A stretch of 24,000 nucleotides of DNA from Mangrovibacterium diazotrophicum (GTDB taxonomy: Bacteria > Bacteroidota > Bacteroidia > Bacteroidales > Prolixibacteraceae). The notes beneath the pieces are model-generated. The model saw nothing but the letters and a program-made list of their open reading frames with translations, was not told the origin of the DNA and made no database searches. Shown piece after piece: positions 1-8,627 of the stretch. Numbering within the stretch: position 1 is the first letter of the stretch; each line of letters opens with the position of its first letter. The DNA is taken from contig NZ_RAPN01000001.1 of assembly GCF_003610535.1 (NCBI RefSeq), positions 955,320 through 979,319 on the forward strand, written 5' to 3'. A program made the position numbers and the translations under genes.

Positions 1-1463
1 TTCAAGATGGCAACGTTGTAATTGACGATGACTGCGTATATGTTGATTCTGGTTTGGTAAAATCGAGCCAATTTTTGAGAAAGAACGATATTGTAATTGT
101 CGGATCAACTGGAAGTAAGGCCTTAATCGGGAAAGCTGCAATTTGCAATGAAGATAGAAATGACATCGCGTTTGGCGCCTTCCTAATGCTATTAAGACCA
201 AACAAACTGATCACGGGCCGATATTTTGATTATTTCTTTTTATCTGATTTTTACAGACAGGAAATTAGGCAATTGGCAGGCGGAATTAACATCAACAATA
301 TTAGAAAAGAGCATATTGAAAATCTTGTGTTTCCTCTTCCTCCTCTTGCCGAGCAGCAGCGGATTGTGGCCAAGCTCGACAGCTTGTTTGCCCGCATTGA
401 GAAGTTGAAAGCAAGCATGGAGCGTATCCCGCAACTGCTGAAAGACTTCCGCCAGGCCGTGCTCACCCAAGCCGTTACCGGCAAACTCACCGAAGAGTGG
501 CGCGAAGGGCGGGAGCTGGAAGAGTGGGAAAGTTCAAGCATAGGAAAGTTATTCGATGTAAAAACCGGGGCAACCCCCAATCGGAGTACTACCGGTTATT
601 ATTCCAATGGGACTATCCCTTGGTTGAAGTCGGGACAAGTTAAAAATGAGTTGATTTTTGAAGCTGAAGAATATATTACAGAGATAGCTGTTAAAGAAAC
701 GAATGCTAAAATTTTTCCGATCGATACTCTTTTAGTAGCAATGTATGGAGAAGGAAAAACTCGTGGGCAAGTTGGATGGATGAAATTAGAAGCAGCAACT
801 AACCAAGCAGTAGCGGCGTTGGTTAATGAAGCAATGCCTTTGATTACAAGAAGCTATGTTTTTTTCTATTGTCTGAGCCAATACAATGAAATTAGGGCGA
901 AAGCAGAAGGAGGAAATCAGCCTAATCTTAATCTTTCAAAAATCAAAAACTGGGAAATCCAAATTCCAAGTATTGATGAGCAAAAAGAAATCGTACGCCG
1001 AGTAGAGTCGCTATTTGCCAAAGCCGATTCTTTGGAAGCTCAATACCAAAACCTAAAAGGGAACTTAGAGCAACTGCCTCAAGCACTGTTGGCTAAAGCT
1101 TTCCGCGGCGAGCTGGTGGAGCAACTCCCAACAGATGGCGATGCGCGAGATTTGTTGGCGGAGATACAGGAACTGAAAGGTGAAACAGCAGCTAAAGGAA
1201 GAAGTCGAACTTCCACTGCGGTAAGAAAAAAATCAACGATCAAAAATATGGATATTGAATCTATAATAAAGGAACATTTCAAAGATGAGAAGTTCTCATT
1301 CGATGATTTGAAGAGAGTAACAAAAGGTGATTATGAGACAATCCAGAAGAAGGTCTTTGAATTACTAAAGCGGAAAAAAGGATGGGGTTTAGTTCAAGAG
1401 TTTGATGACGGGAGAAAACAAATGATGTTAAAATCCAGAAACTATGAAACTAAAAAAGGTTAG
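1..1463 (+). CDS. hsdS: Type I restriction-modification specificity subunit HsdS (5' end cut by the window edge; first full codon at nt 3)
   Basis: The frame stays open from nt 3 (QDGNVVIDDDCVYVDSG... precedes the listed TTG at 54). Two variable target-recognition regions are separated by the two conserved HsdS helical spacers. These are LPPLAEQQRIVAKLDSLFARIEKLKASMERIPQLLKDFRQAVLTQAVTGKLT and IPSIDEQKEIVRRVESLFAKADSLEAQYQNLKGNLEQLPQALLAKAFRGELV. TAG stop at 1461-1463. Confidence 0.9.
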   Translation, partial: QDGNVVIDDDCVYVDSGLVKSSQFLRKNDIVIVGSTGSKALIGKAAICNEDRNDIAFGAFLMLLRPNKLITGRYFDYFFLSDFYRQEIRQLAGGININNIRKEHIENLVFPLPPLAEQQRIVAKLDSLFARIEKLKASMERIPQLLKDFRQAVLTQAVTGKLTEEWREGRELEEWESSSIGKLFDVKTGATPNRSTTGYYSNGTIPWLKSGQVKNELIFEAEEYITEIAVKETNAKIFPIDTLLVAMYGEGKTRGQVGWMKLEAATNQAVAALVNEAMPLITRSYVFFYCLSQYNEIRAKAEGGNQPNLNLSKIKNWEIQIPSIDEQKEIVRRVESLFAKADSLEAQYQNLKGNLEQLPQALLAKAFRGELVEQLPTDGDARDLLAEIQELKGETAAKGRSRTSTAVRKKSTIKNMDIESIIKEHFKDEKFSFDDLKRVTKGDYETIQKKVFELLKRKKGWGLVQEFDDGRKQMMLKSRNYETKKG

Positions 1464-2952
1464 TCTGAAGAATCCCGGTGCTAATGGTTTACTAAGGGAA
1501 TTTGAATGGATTGCAAACTACGATTTAGATGATGTGAAGAGCCTAAATCCCAAATGTTTGATTGGAGTAAATGGCTCTGGTAAGTCTCAATTGTTGGAGG
1601 CTATTACTGAGATTTTCTATTTGCTGGAAGATCACTGGAAGAACAAAAACAAACTACCCGCCGATTTGTGCTTTAACTTAGAGTTCTTTCTAAACCGACC
1701 AGAAGGGATACACGAAGTAAGAATCACAAAGGAAGAAAAGAAAAAGGTTGAGGTATATGAAAGTGATGGCGCTGAGTTTTTTGAGTACAGCGGAAAACTT
1801 GAAGAATTGCTACCTCAAAGAATCGTTGGCTATACATCTGGTCAAAATGAAACTCTCTCTCTACGATACCTAGATGTTTATTCTGGTTATGCAGAAGAAG
1901 TCGGAAGTGCAGCCCTGAAACCGGAAAGTAAAGATAAAACCATAGAAACTCCGCGCTTCTCATGGGTTGATTATGATTCCAATATTGCGGTGCTTGTTGC
2001 AAATTTCATGCTCCGAAGTTCTACCGACTTATTGCCTTTTGAAAGTCAAATCAGGTTACAATCTATCGACTCATTCAGAGTTATCGTTCAATTAAAGTCA
2101 GGTAAAGAAATAAAACTCACCCATGAACTTGAAGGGTATATCGACAATCTAAAGCGGATTTCGACGACATATGACTACCTAGAATCAAGACAGTCATATG
2201 TGTTTGACTACTTCGTTGATGATCAATCACGAAGGGCATTTAATTCTTTCTTCAAAAACGCGTCTGAATTATTTCTTGCATTCTACAAACTGGGCCTGTT
2301 GAACGAATTAATGATTCAAAAGAAGGTAAGAGAAGGTATTAAAAAACAAAGAAAAGATCATAAAACAATTGTAAAACCGCCGATTGTCCCTGATAGTGAT
2401 AAAGTGTTTCGATTTGATCGAGTAAAAGTAAACAGGACTGATATAAAGCATGAAATCGACTATATCGGATTAAGTGATGGAGAACACCAATTCGTTCATA
2501 TTCTGGGTACAATATTAATGTTTGATGAGGATAACACGCTATTCTTATTGGACGAGCCTGAGTCTCACTTCAATCCGATTTGGAGGATCCAGTTTCTTAA
2601 AACAATTAAAGAAATCACGAAGCATCGCTTTCAGGACTTCTTAATTACTACACATGCACCATATCTACTGTCTGATACGCCGAGAGAAGATATCTACATT
2701 TTTAAACGAAATGGAAACGATGTGACAATTGAGGAGCCGTCAAAAACCACATTTGGAGCATCATTTGACGAGCTACTTGATATTGCCTTTGAAATTAAAC
2801 CACCTATTAGTCAACTATCGACTGAAAGGATCAACAACCTAGTTGAGTCTCAAAGCGAGGATGAAATAAGAAAAGGTATAGCGACAATCGGAGAGTCAGC
2901 CCAAAAAATTAGACTTTTCCAAAGACTCGTAGAATTAAAGAACAAAAACTAA
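1444..2952 (+). CDS. ABC/SMC-like AAA ATPase (restriction-system-associated; PtuA-like)
   Basis: Walker A is GVNGSGKSQLLEAI and an ABC-signature-like LSDGEHQ is present. Walker B is LFLLDEPESHFNP and an H-loop-like ITTHAP follows. A ~250-aa insert lies between Walker A and the signature. The ATG at 1444 overlaps the hsdS 3' end by 20 nt. Confidence 0.8.
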   Translation: MKLKKVSLKNPGANGLLREFEWIANYDLDDVKSLNPKCLIGVNGSGKSQLLEAITEIFYLLEDHWKNKNKLPADLCFNLEFFLNRPEGIHEVRITKEEKKKVEVYESDGAEFFEYSGKLEELLPQRIVGYTSGQNETLSLRYLDVYSGYAEEVGSAALKPESKDKTIETPRFSWVDYDSNIAVLVANFMLRSSTDLLPFESQIRLQSIDSFRVIVQLKSGKEIKLTHELEGYIDNLKRISTTYDYLESRQSYVFDYFVDDQSRRAFNSFFKNASELFLAFYKLGLLNELMIQKKVREGIKKQRKDHKTIVKPPIVPDSDKVFRFDRVKVNRTDIKHEIDYIGLSDGEHQFVHILGTILMFDEDNTLFLLDEPESHFNPIWRIQFLKTIKEITKHRFQDFLITTHAPYLLSDTPREDIYIFKRNGNDVTIEEPSKTTFGASFDELLDIAFEIKPPISQLSTERINNLVESQSEDEIRKGIATIGESAQKIRLFQRLVELKNKN

Positions 2953-4010
2953 TGTTGTTTAAATATTCATATGTGTCTCATGCTTCAACTGAAGACTTTT
3001 ATAAAGAAGTTCAAGTTGTTTTTAAAAATCTTTGGAGAGAGCGGAACAACCTGGGAACTTTTTCACTAACGACGCAGTTATTTACGAGTGAGCAAATTAA
3101 GACCCTAAGGAAATCAAAGAAGTTTAAGCAATTGCTGGAAAATTTTATCAATAATTTTCTTCAATTAGAAGCAGAAGAGCAGAAGGAAGTACTAAGAGCA
3201 TTTATTTGGGAAAATACTATTTCTAGCAGATTGTCTGATATAAACACGCGGATACTTTGCAAAGAAGAACTTCCTTCATCCATTAGAGACCAGACCAAGG
3301 AATTATTTTACTATCTGTATAAAGAAAGGTTCAGAAAGAAGTATTTGAACACTTACTATCCTATATTTTACAATCGTCATAGAAATCGATATTGTCCCTT
3401 TTGTGGCTTGGAAAAAATACCTGCTGCAAACTCGAATAAAAAGCGAGAATATGACCATATTCTCCCAAAATCAATTTATCCTTTTGCAGCGGTTAACTTG
3501 AAAAATCTAGCACCTTCCTGCATTTTCTGTAATGAAGACGCTAAGAAGGATAAAGACATCATTTTTTCTACTAACATAAATGGAGCAAAGCGAAGAAGGG
3601 CTTATGATTACGTTTACGATGGAGACCTGTTAGTAGTTGATATACGAATTGAGAATAGGACTGTATTCCCAAATGCAAATGGGGAGAACAGTGATTGGAT
3701 TCTTACTATTCTCCCTGATGAAGATAAAACAAGGACATGGGATGAAGTTTTTTGCATAAAAGAAAGGTACATCGAGTATCTTGATCAACACTATAATGAT
3801 TGGATTAAAGAGGCCGTTGGATACTGCTTAAGTGATAGTTCACTAACTGATTTGGAAATAAAATCGTCGATAGTGAAGATGCTTACTGGGTTAAATACAG
3901 CAAGCAATGACAATATGGAGAGTAAGCTCAAATTGCGCTTTTATGAGTTGATTTCTAGTGATACAAATTCAATTCCATTTCAGACTATTCAAACAGCGCT
4001 AAACCTGTAA
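2952..4010 (+). CDS. HNH endonuclease-domain protein (PtuB-like core with long N- and C-terminal extensions)
   Basis: The HNH/His-Me finger pattern is RYCPFCG...REYDHILPKSIYPFAAVNLKNLAPSCIFCNEDAKKDKD (CxxC...DH...N...CxxCN). The start overlaps the ATPase stop (TAATG, 1-nt overlap at 2952). Confidence 0.7.
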   Translation: MLFKYSYVSHASTEDFYKEVQVVFKNLWRERNNLGTFSLTTQLFTSEQIKTLRKSKKFKQLLENFINNFLQLEAEEQKEVLRAFIWENTISSRLSDINTRILCKEELPSSIRDQTKELFYYLYKERFRKKYLNTYYPIFYNRHRNRYCPFCGLEKIPAANSNKKREYDHILPKSIYPFAAVNLKNLAPSCIFCNEDAKKDKDIIFSTNINGAKRRRAYDYVYDGDLLVVDIRIENRTVFPNANGENSDWILTILPDEDKTRTWDEVFCIKERYIEYLDQHYNDWIKEAVGYCLSDSSLTDLEIKSSIVKMLTGLNTASNDNMESKLKLRFYELISSDTNSIPFQTIQTALNL

Positions 4011-4015
4011 TAAAT

Positions 4016-4447
4016 ATGAGAACCAATACCCGCTATCACAACTTGGACTTTGTTACCGACACGCTTTGTTACAAGCAAATCGGCAGTTCAACGCTATTCG
4101 TTAGAGATGGCAATTACTTATTGTCTCCTTCGGTATCAGAAGGACAAAACGGTGCATATTGGATCGATATCCGGCAGGCTAATCTGGAACAAATTTCCGA
4201 TCGTAATAACTGTGATTTATTGATCCGGATTGTCCCGGATTTATTTTGCTTGTGCAAACTAAGCCACATCAATAAGCTGCTATCCCCGACATTGATGGAT
4301 AACCGTCCAAACTCAGGTCACGTTTGGGGCATCAAGTTGGACATTAAGCAATTTAAAAAGACTGTTGATATCCGAAGCAACCGCAATAGAGAAATATTCG
4401 TCACTGTTCCTTTACTGACAAAAGAAGAGCTTCTCAGAATGACATAA
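4016..4447 (+). CDS. Hypothetical 143-aa protein, no recognisable motif
   Basis: Clean ATG ORF. It lies 5 nt after the double stop (TAATAA) of the HNH gene and 21 nt before mcrB. Strand and AT-rich composition match the neighbours. No TM segment and no catalytic motif recognised. Confidence 0.55.
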   Translation: MRTNTRYHNLDFVTDTLCYKQIGSSTLFVRDGNYLLSPSVSEGQNGAYWIDIRQANLEQISDRNNCDLLIRIVPDLFCLCKLSHINKLLSPTLMDNRPNSGHVWGIKLDIKQFKKTVDIRSNRNREIFVTVPLLTKEELLRMT

Positions 4448-4468
4448 AACTACTAAACCAAAAATCAA

Positions 4469-7066
4469 ATGACTAAGCAATTTTCGTGGGTGCCTTTTTA
4501 TAAAGAACTATTTTCCATCGTATTGACTTTCGAGGAAAGACAAACAGAGCTGATTGAGTTTCTGAAATACTTAAAGAATGAAATGAAACTTCCGGTCACA
4601 CCTGTACACAACGATATAAACAAAAGTGACAAACAGATTCAACTGAGAGAGATTGATCCCTTTACATTTATCGGAGCATTAAATCGTGGGGTCACTCATG
4701 ATAACCGTACCAGGATAGCAGAACTATTCAAAGAGCATTTCGAGATTGCTGCCGAAACCCCAAGCGACTTCGACGGGATACCTGTTATGAATGCCATGAG
4801 GTCTTGGTATTTTTCTTATGAAAAAGATAGAGGGAAAGACGACATTCCGTTGCTGTGGCAATTGGCAAAAGAAGCACCCAAAGGAATAGATAATATTTCT
4901 CCCAAATTATTTGATGATTGTTTGAAGTTAAAAGGAGTCGGAGCTCCATACCTTACGATGGGGCTTTTTTGGGCTGCTCCTGAACTATTTTCTGCGTGTG
5001 ACCAGGTAATGTTCAATTATATTTCTGGCATAACAGGCAAAAAAATAAAAGTGACGAATTTTAATTCTTACAAAGAATATTTTAAAACAGTTAAAGACCT
5101 ATTCCCTGACAAACAATTATTTGAGGTATCATACGACGCGTGGCATAATAATCAAGATAGTGAGACGAGTGAAGGTGAAAATGAGGAAGAAGAGAACGAA
5201 AACGAGACTTACTATTGGTTATATAGTCCTGGTCCAAAATCTGCTTTTTGGGAAGAGTTCTACACCCATGGAATCATTGCAATTGGTTGGGATCAACTTG
5301 GCAATCTTGAAAATTATGAAAACAAAAGTGACATTGTAACTGCCTTACAAAATCTTTCCACAGAAGAGAATCCAGGCTCAATGAAGAACGATTCAACTGC
5401 TTGCTGGGAATTTGCAAACGACTTAATGCAGGGAGATGTGATTTTCGTTAAAAACGGAGTTAAAGAACTTATCGGAATGGGAATCATTGAAGGTGATTAC
5501 TATTTTGACGATGAACGCACATATTTTAAGAACGTCAGAAAGGTTCAATGGATTAAAAAAGGAAACTGGCCTGTCGATTTTTATCTATCAGCGAAGACTC
5601 TAACCAATGTAACAGAGTACAAGACTGAACATCCTGATTATGAATTTTATCATGAGCGCCTTGATGCTATAATCAACGGAGCTTACAAACCAATTGAAAA
5701 AGATGACAGCAGTGTTATACATGAGCTTCATCCTCTGAATCAAATTCTCTACGGACCTCCCGGAACTGGGAAAACGTTTAATTCCATAAACCACGCTGTT
5801 GCTATCATTGAAGGTAGATCGCTTGATGACATCATGGATGAAAGCCAGGGAAACAGAGAAAGCGTACTAAATCGATTTAACAGCTACAAGGAAGTTGGAC
5901 AAGTTGTTTTCACGACCTTCCACCAAAGCATGAGCTATGAAGATTTTATCGAAGGGATAAAACCAATTGAAATCGAAGGCAAGTTACATTACGAAGTAAA
6001 AGATGGACTCTTCAAGCTAATATCTGACCGAGCTCTACAAAACCAAAAGCAATCGCGCAAATCAGACACCTTAAAACCGTTTGAAGAAGTGTGGCATGAT
6101 TTTCTAGCCCCGCTCTCTGATGAGAAAACGATTCCGATCAAGATGAAAAAATCGTCTTATCAGATCACTGAAGTTACAGACCGGACGATCTTCTTTGACA
6201 AAGAAGTGGGCGAAAGCAAGCACTCATTAAGCGTTGGAACATTAAAAAATATGTACCTGGCTCAGCAAAATGATATCATCCATGGAGGGTTGCAAGGGTA
6301 CTATGAACCGCTACTAGATCTGCTATTGAAAAAAGGTAAAAGCTCAGTATCTGTTGATCCTAAAAACTTTGTATTGATTATTGATGAGATTAACCGTGGC
6401 AACATTGCTCAGATATTTGGTGAATTAATAACGCTTTTAGAGCCAGATAAGAGAGTTGGCGCCAAAGAGGCTCTTACGGTAACTTTGCCATACAGCAAAC
6501 AGAAAAGTTTTGGGGTTCCATCGAATTTGTATCTGATTGGTACTATGAATACGGCAGACCGAAGTGTTGAGGCTTTGGATACCGCATTAAGAAGAAGGTT
6601 CGCTTTTACGGAGGTTTTACCAGACCCAGAAATACTTAAAGAGTGCAGTCCTCTGCTAAACAACGGAGAGGAGTTTAAGCTGCCCGGCGGCCTCGATAGG
6701 TTGGTGGAGCTTATGACTATTATAAACAAGCGTATCGAGAAGCTAATCGACAAGGATCACACAATCGGACACAGCTACTTCTTGGGTGTTGAAACGCTTA
6801 AAGATTTAAAGTCTGTTTTTGTAAATAAAATCATACCCTTATTGCAAGAGTACTTTTATGGAGATATGGCTAAAATAGGCCTGGTGCTTGGTGAAGCTTT
6901 CTTTGAGATATCGAAGTCAGACACAGAAGAAAACATCTTTGCCAGGTTTAAACACGATGCTTTAGACGACTTAATCGATCGTAAGGTATATAAGCTCAAA
7001 ATAAATTGGGAGAGTGACGATGAATTTGTTAGCGCCATCAATGATTTGATCGATCCCAATGTCTAA
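4469..7066 (+). CDS. mcrB: McrB-family AAA+ GTPase subunit of a type IV (modification-dependent) restriction system, with ~415-aa N-terminal extension
   Basis: Walker A is LYGPPGTGKTF (nt ~5750). Walker B is VLIIDEINRGNIAQIFGELITLLE. The McrB signature is LIGTMNTADRSVEALDTALRRRFAF. The N-terminus has a helical domain (MTKQFSWVPFYKELF...) and an acidic linker DSETSEGENEEEENENE. A PUA/EVE-like beta module follows (YYWLYSPGPKSAFWEEF...IAIGW...GDVIFVKNG...IGMGIIEG...VRKVQWI). Confidence 0.9.
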   Translation: MTKQFSWVPFYKELFSIVLTFEERQTELIEFLKYLKNEMKLPVTPVHNDINKSDKQIQLREIDPFTFIGALNRGVTHDNRTRIAELFKEHFEIAAETPSDFDGIPVMNAMRSWYFSYEKDRGKDDIPLLWQLAKEAPKGIDNISPKLFDDCLKLKGVGAPYLTMGLFWAAPELFSACDQVMFNYISGITGKKIKVTNFNSYKEYFKTVKDLFPDKQLFEVSYDAWHNNQDSETSEGENEEEENENETYYWLYSPGPKSAFWEEFYTHGIIAIGWDQLGNLENYENKSDIVTALQNLSTEENPGSMKNDSTACWEFANDLMQGDVIFVKNGVKELIGMGIIEGDYYFDDERTYFKNVRKVQWIKKGNWPVDFYLSAKTLTNVTEYKTEHPDYEFYHERLDAIINGAYKPIEKDDSSVIHELHPLNQILYGPPGTGKTFNSINHAVAIIEGRSLDDIMDESQGNRESVLNRFNSYKEVGQVVFTTFHQSMSYEDFIEGIKPIEIEGKLHYEVKDGLFKLISDRALQNQKQSRKSDTLKPFEEVWHDFLAPLSDEKTIPIKMKKSSYQITEVTDRTIFFDKEVGESKHSLSVGTLKNMYLAQQNDIIHGGLQGYYEPLLDLLLKKGKSSVSVDPKNFVLIIDEINRGNIAQIFGELITLLEPDKRVGAKEALTVTLPYSKQKSFGVPSNLYLIGTMNTADRSVEALDTALRRRFAFTEVLPDPEILKECSPLLNNGEEFKLPGGLDRLVELMTIINKRIEKLIDKDHTIGHSYFLGVETLKDLKSVFVNKIIPLLQEYFYGDMAKIGLVLGEAFFEISKSDTEENIFARFKHDALDDLIDRKVYKLKINWESDDEFVSAINDLIDPNV

Positions 7067-8297
7067 GGTCAGAAAGAATATTATAACTGTCTATGAGCAC
7101 CAAAGCCTAAAGATGGATGTAGACAAAGGCTTTAGTCAAGGGCATTTGGAGGCTTTGCAACGCTATTATGGAGAAAAAGGCACAAACTACTATGGACTGA
7201 TACACAAAGGGGTTAAATTCAGTCAATACGTTGGTGTAATTCAAGTGGGGAGTCTGACCATTGAAGTTCTTCCCAAGACAGATGGTGAAAATCAGAATTA
7301 CTGGCGGTCTCTATTAATCGGGATGCTGAGATCAGTTGGGAGCATAAAGGTGGACAATGCTGGATCTTCCCAACTAAAGATCAGGTCAAACTCAATTTTG
7401 GATCTCTATTTTGAGTTGTATGTAAGTGAATTGGAAGCATTAATTCACAGAGGGTTAATTAAGCAATACCGAAGAATTGAAGAGAATACAACGGCTTTAA
7501 AAGGGAAGCTGCAATTTGGCAGGCAACTGAAACATAACCTTATCCATAAAGAAAGGTTTTTTGTGAACCACCAGTCTTACGATGGCAATCATGTCTTCAA
7601 TCAGATCCTATATGCTGCATTGAAATTAACAGGGGCAGTATGTAATTCACCATTGCTGACTAGTCGTATTGGGGCGCTCCTACTCGCTTTTCCCGAAGTT
7701 GACAGTATTAAGGTCACTGAAGCTACTTTTAACAGGCTGTGCCTCGACCGGAAATCAGAGCCATATCGAGAATCTCTCAATATTGCCCGAATGCTGCTAC
7801 TAAACTATCATCCAGATATCAGTACTGGTGCTCATAACGTGTTGGCCTTAATGTTTGACATGAATGTCCTCTGGGAACGATTTATTTTAGCTAGTTTAAG
7901 ACGTTATGCCAACGACGGCAATTCTGTGTTGGGAAAAATTAGAAAGTCGTTCTGGAAGCCGGAAAATGGCTCTAAAGCTAGCATAGAACCAGATATCGTA
8001 ATGGAAAAAGATGGACAGACTTTGGTTTTGGATACAAAATGGAAAGTAATTAAAAACAATCGTCCGTCAGATGATGATTTAAAACAGATGTATGTTTACG
8101 CGAACTATTATCAGTCCCTTCATACCGCACTCGTTTATCCTGCGACCGGTAACAGTTCGATCAAAGGAAATTTCTACCATGAAATAGATGGAACACAAGG
8201 CAAGCCTTGTTCTGTAATCCGTATCGCCTTGCCTCCTGAGCCAGTTAGTATTAAAAAGTGGCAACAGGAGATTAGTGAGATTTTGGTAGGCGTTTAA
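7059..8297 (+). CDS. mcrC: McrC-family nuclease subunit (PD-(D/E)xK)
   Basis: 8-nt overlap with mcrB (ATGTCTAA). The C-terminal PD-(D/E)xK-type motif is IEPDIVMEKDGQTLVLDTKWK. Size and position are typical of McrC. Confidence 0.85.
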   Translation: MSKVRKNIITVYEHQSLKMDVDKGFSQGHLEALQRYYGEKGTNYYGLIHKGVKFSQYVGVIQVGSLTIEVLPKTDGENQNYWRSLLIGMLRSVGSIKVDNAGSSQLKIRSNSILDLYFELYVSELEALIHRGLIKQYRRIEENTTALKGKLQFGRQLKHNLIHKERFFVNHQSYDGNHVFNQILYAALKLTGAVCNSPLLTSRIGALLLAFPEVDSIKVTEATFNRLCLDRKSEPYRESLNIARMLLLNYHPDISTGAHNVLALMFDMNVLWERFILASLRRYANDGNSVLGKIRKSFWKPENGSKASIEPDIVMEKDGQTLVLDTKWKVIKNNRPSDDDLKQMYVYANYYQSLHTALVYPATGNSSIKGNFYHEIDGTQGKPCSVIRIALPPEPVSIKKWQQEISEILVGV

Positions 8298-8627
8298 GTT
8301 TTCCAGTTTAGTAGACAATTAAAAGAGTGACGGGCGAAGATATCTCAAGTTATTAGGCACTACATTGGGAATTCATAACTCAAATTACATTATGCAAATG
8401 TGTAAAATTTATTACCTTGACAATCCCAATAGCCAATTAAGCAAAAAAATGAATAACCAATTTGAACAACAACAAAGCAACTGGCTAGAGAAAGTCGCTG
8501 ACGGATGCCACAATTGTAAAACAAATCCCGAGTATGCAATGGACTTTGACTTCTATGCCTGTCAGTCGGACAACTCCAATTGACATTCTCAACCAATAAA
8601 AAGATAAACTAATCTAAATGACCTTAT

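Noticed and set aside
1-1463. Phase-variable / shufflon-type hsdS
   Set aside because: The window shows no second hsdS copy, no inverted hsdS repeats, no simple-sequence tract in the gene and no nearby recombinase. The evidence supports only past TRD exchange, not active switching.
1444-4447. Retron (type I retrons use an ATPase + HNH effector pair)
   Set aside because: No reverse transcriptase ORF is present. The adjacent intergenic gaps (5-21 nt) leave no room for an msr/msd RNA.
5121-5339. 72-aa Lys/Arg-rich ORF inside mcrB
   Set aside because: This is an off-frame reading of the GA-rich acidic-linker codons of mcrB. There is no independent support.
8365-8583. 72-aa version of the intergenic ORF, and the 68-aa minus-strand ORF 8390-8596
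   Set aside because: The 72-aa form needs a non-ATG start in an AT-rich spacer. Only the 44-aa ATG form (8449-8583) is kept, as a low-confidence observation. The minus-strand ORF has no support.
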